64,000 nucleotides of DNA from an uncultured Chloroflexia bacterium. GTDB taxonomy: Bacteria > Chloroflexota > Limnocylindria > Limnocylindrales > CSP1-4. The notes under the pieces are model-generated. The model searched no databases and was not told the DNA's origin. It was given only the letters and a program-made list of their open reading frames with translations. Position numbers and translations under genes: made by a program. Positions 57,546 to 64,000 of this stretch are shown here, one piece after another; the first letter of the stretch is position 1, and each line of letters opens with the position of its first letter. Where the stretch lies: contig CAVPEU010000015.1 of assembly GCA_963703575.1 (NCBI GenBank), forward strand, positions 19,762 through 83,761, given 5' to 3'.

Positions 57546-60275
57546 TCATCGCCGAGCTTCTCGCCGAGCTTCCTCGCCGGCGAGGCGCGACGAGCCGGCG
57601 CCCGTGCGGCCGGCTCGGCGACGCCCGACCCACTTCTGGACCTCGATGGCGCCGAACCCGAGCGTGGAGGCGACGAGAACGACCGCGAGCTGGACCGGGG
57701 TCAGCGCGGCCGTCTCGAAGATCGGCTGGAGAGCCGGGACGAACAGGAGCGCGAGCTGGATGGCGAACGTGACGGCCACCGCCATCGTCAGCGGCAGGTT
57801 CGATCGGGGCCCGAGCCGGAAGAAGCTCTCCGTCTCCGAGCGGACCGCCAGCGCCCCCCCGAGCTGGAGCAGCGCGAGGGTGGTGAACACCATCGTCTGC
57901 CACGGCCAGCCCCGCCCGACGGCGTACGCCTGGACCGCCAGCGTCACGCCGGCCATGAACAGGCCCACCCAGATCGCCTGCTGCCACAGGCCCCGGGCGA
58001 AGATCGACTCGGTCGGGGCGCGTGGTGGCCGCCGCATCGCGCCCGGCTCGACCGGTTCGACACCCAGGGCGAGCGCGGGGAAGCCGTCGGTGACGAGGTT
58101 GATCCACAGGATCTGGACGGCGATGAGCGGGAACGGGAGCCCAAGGAACGGCGCGAGCGCCATGACCCATATCTCGGCGGAGTTGGTGGTCAGCAGGTAG
58201 CGCACGAAGCGCCGGATGTTGTCGTAGATCCGGCGGCCCTCCTCGACGGCCGCGACGATCGTGGCGAAGTCGTCGTCCGCGAGGACCATGTCGGCGGCTT
58301 CCTTGCTGACCTCGGTCCCCGTGATGCCCATCGCGACGCCGATGTCGGCGAGCTTGAGCGCCGGCGCGTCGTTGACCCCATCGCCCGTCATCGCGACCAC
58401 GGCTCCCCGGCGCCGCCAGGCGTCGACGATCCGGAGCTTCTGCTCGGGGTTCGTCCGCGCGTACACCGCGACATCGGCGACGATCGCGTCGAACGCGTCG
58501 TCGTCGAGCGCCTCGAGCTCGGTCCCGCTCAGGCTCCGGCCGCCCTCGCGCAGCACGTCGATCCGGCGGGCGATCGCGGCCGCCGTGAGCGGGTGGTCGC
58601 CGGTGATCATGACCGGCGTGATGCCGGCCGCCCGGCAGGCCGCGATGGCCGGGGCCGAGGCCAGCCGTGGCGGATCGGCCATGCCCACGATGCCGATCAG
58701 GTGCAGCCCCCGCTCCGCGTCGTCGAGCCGGGCCGGGATGTCGGTGATCTGGCGCTCCGCGAACGCGAGGACGCGGTAGCCGTCGGCGGCGTAGCCCTCG
58801 GCAACCTGCTCGGCCCGCACCAGCAGCGCGGCATCCGCAGGGTCGAGCAGCGGCCCGATCGCTTCGAGGGCGCCCTTGACGGCGACCCAGACATGCCCGG
58901 CCTCGGCGTGCAGGGTCGCCATCCGCCGGCGTGCGGAGTCGAATGTCAGCTCCTCGACCCGCGGGGCCGCGGCGACGAGGTCGGCCGGGTAGACCCCGCG
59001 CTTGGCGGCCAGCGCGAGCAGCGCCGCCTCGGTCGGGTCGCCGGTGATCGTCCACGGGTCTCCGTGCCGCGCCGGCGCGCGGAGCGATGCGTCGTTGCAG
59101 GCGGCGGCGACACGGGCGAGCCGGTCGAGCGCCGGGTCATCGGCCGGCTGTGGCTCGAACGTGCCCTCCGGGGCATAGCCATCGCCGGTGACCCGGTACT
59201 CCGCGTTCGGCGTCCAGACCCGCTGGACGAGCATCCGGTTCTGGGTGAGGGTCCCGGTCTTGTCGCTGCAGATGACGGTCACCGAGCCGAGCGTCTCGAC
59301 GGCCGGCAGCTTGCGGATCAGCGAGTGGCGCCGGGCCATCCGCCGGGCGCCCAGCGCCAGGGCGATCGTCACCACGGCCGGCAGGCCCTCGGGGATCGCC
59401 GCCACCGCGAGGCTCACCGCCGTCAGGAACATGACGTCCACCGGCTCGCCACGGGCGACCCCTGAGACGAACACGAAGACGCACACGACGAACGCCGCGA
59501 CGGCCAGTCGCTTGCCGAGCGTCGAGAGCCGTCGCTGGAGCGGGGTCTGGCCGCTGCCGTGCTCCTGGAGCAGCTCGGCGACCCGTCCGAGCGCCGTGTC
59601 CATGCCGGTCGCGACGACGACCCCCAGGCCGCGCCCGTAGGTCACGGCCGTGCCGCTGAAGCCCATGTTCCGCTGGTCGGCCAGGAGCGCGGCCGTGACC
59701 GCGGGGAGGGGTGCGGTCGTCTTGATCGCCGATTCCGACTCGCCGGTCAGGGCCGCCTCATTGATCCGCAGCGACTGGGCCTCCAGCAGGCGCAGGTCGG
59801 CGGTCACGATGTCGCCGGCATCGAGGCGCACGACGTCACCCGGCACCAGCTCCGTCGCAGGGACGATCGCCGTCTCGCCGTCGCGGACGACACGGCTGGA
59901 CGGGCTCGTCATCCGCTTGAGGGCGTCCATCGCCTTCTCGGCCTGGTACTCCTGGACGAAGCCGACGATCCCGTTGAGGGCAACGATGGCGAGGATGACG
60001 ACCGTGTCCTTGAGGTCACCGATCACCGCCGTGATGACCGCAGCGCCGATCAGGACCAGGATCATCGCGTTGGTGAATTGCTCGGCGAACAGGCGCCAGG
60101 CTGGTTTGACTGCCCGCGCGAGGAGCTCGTTCGGGCCGTCCCGCTCGAGGCGGACGCGGGCCTCGAAGGACGTCAGCCCGGTGACGGGATCCGATCCGAG
60201 CGCCGCCGCGACATCCCGGGCCTCGATCGTCCAGGGATCCGGCACCGCCCTCGTGGGCTCGGCTGTCTCGCTCAT
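57546..60275 (-). CDS. P-type (P2A-like) cation/calcium-transporting ATPase
   Basis: [38 protein letters not shown]. Confidence 0.9.
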   Translation of the reverse strand: MSETAEPTRAVPDPWTIEARDVAAALGSDPVTGLTSFEARVRLERDGPNELLARAVKPAWRLFAEQFTNAMILVLIGAAVITAVIGDLKDTVVILAIVALNGIVGFVQEYQAEKAMDALKRMTSPSSRVVRDGETAIVPATELVPGDVVRLDAGDIVTADLRLLEAQSLRINEAALTGESESAIKTTAPLPAVTAALLADQRNMGFSGTAVTYGRGLGVVVATGMDTALGRVAELLQEHGSGQTPLQRRLSTLGKRLAVAAFVVCVFVFVSGVARGEPVDVMFLTAVSLAVAAIPEGLPAVVTIALALGARRMARRHSLIRKLPAVETLGSVTVICSDKTGTLTQNRMLVQRVWTPNAEYRVTGDGYAPEGTFEPQPADDPALDRLARVAAACNDASLRAPARHGDPWTITGDPTEAALLALAAKRGVYPADLVAAAPRVEELTFDSARRRMATLHAEAGHVWVAVKGALEAIGPLLDPADAALLVRAEQVAEGYAADGYRVLAFAERQITDIPARLDDAERGLHLIGIVGMADPPRLASAPAIAACRAAGITPVMITGDHPLTAAAIARRIDVLREGGRSLSGTELEALDDDAFDAIVADVAVYARTNPEQKLRIVDAWRRRGAVVAMTGDGVNDAPALKLADIGVAMGITGTEVSKEAADMVLADDDFATIVAAVEEGRRIYDNIRRFVRYLLTTNSAEIWVMALAPFLGLPFPLIAVQILWINLVTDGFPALALGVEPVEPGAMRRPPRAPTESIFARGLWQQAIWVGLFMAGVTLAVQAYAVGRGWPWQTMVFTTLALLQLGGALAVRSETESFFRLGPRSNLPLTMAVAVTFAIQLALLFVPALQPIFETAALTPVQLAVVLVASTLGFGAIEVQKWVGRRRAGRTGAGSSRLAGEEARREARR

Positions 60276-61315
60276 GACGTCGACACCCAGACCCCACCCA
60301 GGAGCAGGACGTAGGCGAGCAGGACGCCGACCGCGTCGGGCTCGAGGCGGCGGATCCGCGTCTCCGTCCCGTGGATCACTGCGGCCATGGCCAGCGCCAT
60401 GAGGAGGATGGCCCCGACACCGGCGACCGCCTGTGCGGGCGCGACGGCCGCCAGGATCGGGCCCGGGGTGTAGGCGAGATCCGCGGCCAGCAGCGCCACC
60501 ATGTTGAATGCGTTGCTGCCGAAGAGATTGCCGACGGCGAGATCGTGGGCGCCGATCCGGACGGCGGTGAGCGATGCGACGAGCTCGGGCAGTGAGGTTG
60601 TCGCGGCGAGGAGGAACGTGCCGATGAAGGTCTGCCCGACCCCCGTCTCGTTCGCGATCCCCTCGGCCGACAGCGCTACCGCGGGCGCCGCCAAGAGAAT
60701 GACAGCCGCCGCGAGCATGAAGCGGAGGACGACACGGCGAAGCGGAACGCCGGCCGCCGCCTCGCGGCCCCAGCCGATCGGCGCGATCACCTCGCCGCTC
60801 CCGTCTCGTTCGCGGCGGCCCGTCGTGCGGGTCCGGTGGATCCAGGCCGTGGCGGCGAGATAGCCGGCGACCATGACGATCGTCTCGACGCCGACCCAGC
60901 CGATGGCGACTGGCTGTCGCACGAGCAACGCGAGGAGGGCGACCGACGTCAGGGCGATGGCGACGGCCGCCAGTCGCGCCTGGCCGAGACCGACCTGCGT
61001 CCAGACACGACCGCGGTACACGAGATCGACCAAGGCCAGGATCGCCATGTTCGCCATGCTGCTGCCGAACAGGTCGCCGACCGCGAGGTTCGGGGCGCCC
61101 GCCAGGGCCGCGCTCATGTCGGTCGCGATCTCGGGCAGCGAGGTGGCGCCGGCCAGCAGGAACATCCCGACCACCAGCCCACCGAGACCCGTCCGCTCCG
61201 CGATCGCATCGCCGCTCCGGGCGAGGACGATCCCGGCCCCGCCGACGGCGCCCGCGGACGACCCGAACACGAGCACCAGCTCGGGCAGGCCGAATCCGGA
61301 CAGCGCATCCAGCAT
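60272..61315 (-). CDS. CaCA-family sodium/calcium exchanger (YrbG-like)
   Basis: Start at MLDALSGFGLPELV (ATG 61315). Two alpha-repeats, GDLFGSSMANM and GNLFGSNAFNM. ATGA overlap with the ATPase gene. Confidence 0.85.
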   Translation of the reverse strand: MLDALSGFGLPELVLVFGSSAGAVGGAGIVLARSGDAIAERTGLGGLVVGMFLLAGATSLPEIATDMSAALAGAPNLAVGDLFGSSMANMAILALVDLVYRGRVWTQVGLGQARLAAVAIALTSVALLALLVRQPVAIGWVGVETIVMVAGYLAATAWIHRTRTTGRRERDGSGEVIAPIGWGREAAAGVPLRRVVLRFMLAAAVILLAAPAVALSAEGIANETGVGQTFIGTFLLAATTSLPELVASLTAVRIGAHDLAVGNLFGSNAFNMVALLAADLAYTPGPILAAVAPAQAVAGVGAILLMALAMAAVIHGTETRIRRLEPDAVGVLLAYVLLLGGVWVSTS

Positions 61316-61793
61316 GGCGTGACGCCTACGCCCAGGACACGAAACGGACGGATCCCGCCGAGGGGCGGGCGGCCTCCGCGTCCGTGCCGGCGGACGCCCG
61401 CTTGTCGGTCGCGGGCAGGACGTGCATCCCGGTGGGTTCGACGGTTGCCATGCCGCGCTCCTTTCGGTGCCCTCCGGCGGCGAGAGCGTTCCCTCGTCCG
61501 TGAACGCTCGGCTGGCATCAGCCGTCGCCCAGCGCAGCCGCGACCTGCCGCCGGACGATCCGGCAGCGTGGCGACCCGGGTCACACCGATTGTCGGGCGA
61601 CCCGATCGCGTCCGGGCAGGGCCGACTGACCCGATCGGGCCTTGCCGGTGGTCTGCGCGCGCCGTGACGATGCGGTCTCGGGCGTCCGTCTTCCGGACCG
61701 AGCGCGCCAGCTCGACCGAGATTGCTGAACGGACGGGCCTCTCGCGCGGGTGCGTCACGCGCGGGTCGCGGGTGTGGTTCAGGCGGACCCCAC

Positions 61794-61906
61794 TGATCCA
61801 CCTGTGGATCGTTTCAGCCATGTTCGCGCACGGATCCGTGCCCAACGCCCGAGTTCGCGGGGAGCGCCACGCTCGCAGGAGCCTCCGGTGATCCGCCTGT
61901 GGATCA
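61794..61906. repeat. Two further copies of the 18-bp palindrome, within about 95-bp-spaced direct repeats
   Basis: TGATCCACCTGTGGATCG (61794-61811) and TGATCCGCCTGTGGATCA (61889-61906). Each is followed by ..GCCATGT(T/C)CGC..GATCC(G/A)TGCCC. Confidence 0.6.
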
Positions 61907-61999
61907 CATCGGCCATGTCCGCCACTGATCCATGCCCCAACCTTCCGGAAGGCGCGCCCCACGTGTCGAACGCCGCCCCGAGAGTCGAACGGCCGTGGG

Positions 62000-63061
62000 C
62001 TATCCGGCGATCCCCAGGCGCGTCGCGACATCCTCGTAGCCGGGCGCCTCGGCATAGAGGCGCTCGAGATCGGACCGGGCTCGCTTCGGTTGGCCGGCGG
62101 CCTCATAGGCGAGGGCCCGTTCGTAACGGAGCGCGTGGAGCAGCTCCGCGGGCCGATCGGCCGTCCGCCGAAGGGTCTCCGACAGCACCGCCGCAGCTGC
62201 ATCGGGCAGGCCGAGCTCGCGCATCGCCGTCGCCCGGTAGAGACGGAGCGCGGCGTGGATCGCGGAGTCGTTGGGCGCGTTCTCACCGAGACGGGCAGCC
62301 TCCTCGAGCGCCGGACGGTCGGCCGGGTGCCCGCGAACGAGCAGCTCCGCCAGCGACAGGCGGACCACCGGGTCATCGGGCGCCAGCGCCTGCAGCCGGC
62401 GGAGGGCCGTCATGGCGTCGGCCTCGCGCCCGAGCTGCTGGTACGCCTCGACCAGGGCGAGGAGGGCGCCATCGAGGCTCGGCTCGAGGGAGGCGGAGAT
62501 CTCGTCCGTGACATGGAGGACGAGCGTCGCCGTGATCCCGTACCGCTCAACGGTGCGGCCGAGCTGGTCCGGTATCGCCACGGCTGCCTCAAGGTCGGTC
62601 GCCGCCTCTTCGAACGCCTCCGCCCGGAGGGCGAGGCAGCCGGCCAGAAAGGCTCCGTCAGCCAAGTGGGTGGCGGCGCGGAGGTGGTCGAGCGCCGTGT
62701 CGTGGTCGCCGTTGACGAGGGCTCGACAGCCGTCGACGAAGGCCCGCTCATCGGCCGGCGTCACCAGCCTGCGGAAGAAGGACATCGTCAGCCTCTGGCC
62801 GGGCCTCGACGTCCCGCTGGGCGGCGGGACGGAGCCGAGCGGCGCCCCGGCGACCGGGCCGGGACCTGGGGATGCCTGGCGCTGGACCGTCGTCCAGTAG
62901 AGCCCGGTCCCGGGCAGCCCGATCGTCGTGCGTCGCCCACGCGATCCACCGAACGTGACGTGGGCACCACGCGTGCCGACCGAGAGCGATGGCCCGGACT
63001 TGCTCAGATTGACCGTGAGGCCGGGCGCGACCCGCAGCCGGCGGAAGAACCGGTAGCTCAT
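62000..63061 (-). CDS. DUF4236-like N-terminal domain protein with a TPR-like C-terminal region
   Basis: Start at MSYRFFRRLRVAPGLTVNLSKSGPSLSVGTRGAHVTFG (ATG 63061). Helical repeat region follows. Confidence 0.8.
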   Translation of the reverse strand: MSYRFFRRLRVAPGLTVNLSKSGPSLSVGTRGAHVTFGGSRGRRTTIGLPGTGLYWTTVQRQASPGPGPVAGAPLGSVPPPSGTSRPGQRLTMSFFRRLVTPADERAFVDGCRALVNGDHDTALDHLRAATHLADGAFLAGCLALRAEAFEEAATDLEAAVAIPDQLGRTVERYGITATLVLHVTDEISASLEPSLDGALLALVEAYQQLGREADAMTALRRLQALAPDDPVVRLSLAELLVRGHPADRPALEEAARLGENAPNDSAIHAALRLYRATAMRELGLPDAAAAVLSETLRRTADRPAELLHALRYERALAYEAAGQPKRARSDLERLYAEAPGYEDVATRLGIAG

Positions 63062-63329
63062 CCGTGTCGCCTCTCGTGGTCTCGACGGCGCCGGCCCGCC
63101 GACGCCTCTCGCCGTCCCGTATCTCACCGCCAGCTCAGTTTGCCCACGATACCGCGCCGGGGGCGCACCGGGATCCGCGCCGGCGGCTGTGGCCGGTCCG
63201 GCCACCCCGTGATCGAGGGGACCCTGACCCGGGCTAGACTCTGACCCATGGGAGAGGAACCACGAACGATGCGTGACCTGCTGCGGCGCGGCGCAGGGAC
63301 GGAGCCGACGGAGTACCGGTTGGCTGCGC

Positions 63330-64000
63330 GTGACTGAGGCCGCCCTGCCCATCGACCGGCTCCTCGCACCGTTCCGCGCGTTCGCCGCCAACAGCGCGGC
63401 AAGCGGGATCCTCCTGATCGCCGCGGCGGTCGTCGCGATCCTGTGGGCCAACTCGCCGTTCGCCGCCTCCTACCTTTCGCTCTGGGACACCCATCTCACG
63501 ATCGGCGTCGGCGACGCGGTGCTGTCGAAGAGCCTGCTGCACTGGATCAACGACGGCCTGATGGCCATCTTCTTCTTCGTCGTGGGTCTCGAGATCAAGC
63601 GCGAGGTTCTCGTCGGCGAGCTGGCGTCGATCCGTCGCGCGGCGCTCCCGATCACGGCGGCGGTCGGTGGGGCGCTCGTCCCCGCCCTGATCTTCGTCCT
63701 CATCGTCGGCTCCGGCGAGAACGCCCGTGGCTGGGGCATCCCGATGGCAACGGACATCGCGTTCGCCCTCGGCGTGCTGGCCCTGCTGGGTGACCGGATC
63801 CCGGTCGGGCTTCGTGTCTTCGTGGCAGCGCTGGCGATCGTGGACGACCTGCTGGCGGTCCTGGTCATCGGGTTGTTCTACACCTCGGACATCTCGATCC
63901 TGGCGCTCGCGGCCGCCGGAGGGTGCTTCGCCGGGCTCGCCGCCGCCAACCTCCTCGGGGTCCGGCGACCGGTCGTCTACGGCGTCCTCGGTCTCGCGCT
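63330..64000 (+). CDS. nhaA: Na+/H+ antiporter NhaA, N-terminal part; continues past the window edge
   Basis: Absent from the ORF track because it has no stop in the window. My translation: VTEAALPIDRLLAPFRAFAANSAASGILLIAAAVVAILWANSP...WINDGLMAIFFFVVGLEIKRE...ALAIVDDLLAVLVI. An alternative GTG lies at 63273. Confidence 0.85.
   Translation, partial: MTEAALPIDRLLAPFRAFAANSAASGILLIAAAVVAILWANSPFAASYLSLWDTHLTIGVGDAVLSKSLLHWINDGLMAIFFFVVGLEIKREVLVGELASIRRAALPITAAVGGALVPALIFVLIVGSGENARGWGIPMATDIAFALGVLALLGDRIPVGLRVFVAALAIVDDLLAVLVIGLFYTSDISILALAAAGGCFAGLAAANLLGVRRPVVYGVLGLA

Noticed and set aside
53701-58200. 1499-aa plus-strand ORF
   Set aside because: Antisense to the MmpL and P-type ATPase genes, with a low-complexity Arg/Gly/Asp-rich translation.
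61422-61667. 81-aa plus-strand ORF in the CaCA leader
   Set aside because: No Shine-Dalgarno sequence, a non-protein-like sequence, and only a moderate codon-position signal. Treated as non-coding.
61690-61699. GGUCCGGAAG (minus strand), reminiscent of the SRP RNA domain IV loop
   Set aside because: The flanks do not match GGAAGGAAGCAGC or the symmetric-loop consensus. The local fold is a simple GUCCG-n5-CGGAC hairpin.

Overview
Very GC-rich bacterial chromosomal segment (judged by eye, not computed). Gene content looks Actinobacteria-, Thermoleophilia- or Chloroflexi-like. Operons are dense, mostly on the minus strand, with many ATGA/GTGA start-stop overlaps.

I recognised no rRNA, tRNA, CRISPR array, transposase, integrase or phage genes. 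It reads as core chromosome rather than a mobile island.

Gene content in order:
1. Complex I (nuo) operon, 1-12349, minus strand, preceded by a MidA/NDUFAF7-like methyltransferase and an unknown 373-aa gene.
2. folK, glpX-purH, a small membrane protein, a cupin and a NUDIX hydrolase.
3. One long heat-shock operon, hsp20-hspR-lon-J protein-clpB, behind a HAIR-like operator.
4. A trkA pair, a USP and two tandem APC-type permeases, then a metallophosphoesterase.
5. rsmG behind a promoter flanked by DnaA-box-like sites.
6. An orphan csoR, then a coupled zinc-ribbon and nuclease-fold gene pair, then hpt.
7. A livFGMH operon plus binding protein, and a GNAT.
8. A NYN-domain gene that appears frameshifted into a repeat-rich open frame, then holB and acyP.
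9. A repeat-dense 450-bp non-coding region.
10. Three unknown genes coupled to an acyl-ACP thioesterase.
11. A GGDEF/HD-GYP protein, csp, and a wHTH regulator with ACP facing an MmpL transporter.
12. A CaCA exchanger and P-type Ca-ATPase operon behind a 680-bp leader.
13. A DUF4236/TPR protein and a partial nhaA.

Best candidate for something undescribed: the complex I operon has the 11-subunit gene order and no canonical nuoE, nuoF or nuoG. Between nuoI and nuoJ it carries two fusion genes instead.
- A 220-aa protein with a NuoI-like N-terminus (a single 4Fe-4S motif) fused to a cysteine-free NuoE-like N-terminal domain.
- A 1334-aa protein joining a degenerate NuoF, a NuoG-type 2Fe-2S domain, a GltD-like FAD/NAD(P)H oxidoreductase and a poly-ferredoxin.

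Second candidate: an 18-bp palindrome, TGATCCAC-NN-GTGGATCA, present five times in two unrelated intergenic regions.

All homology calls come from reading motifs in the supplied translations. No database search was run.
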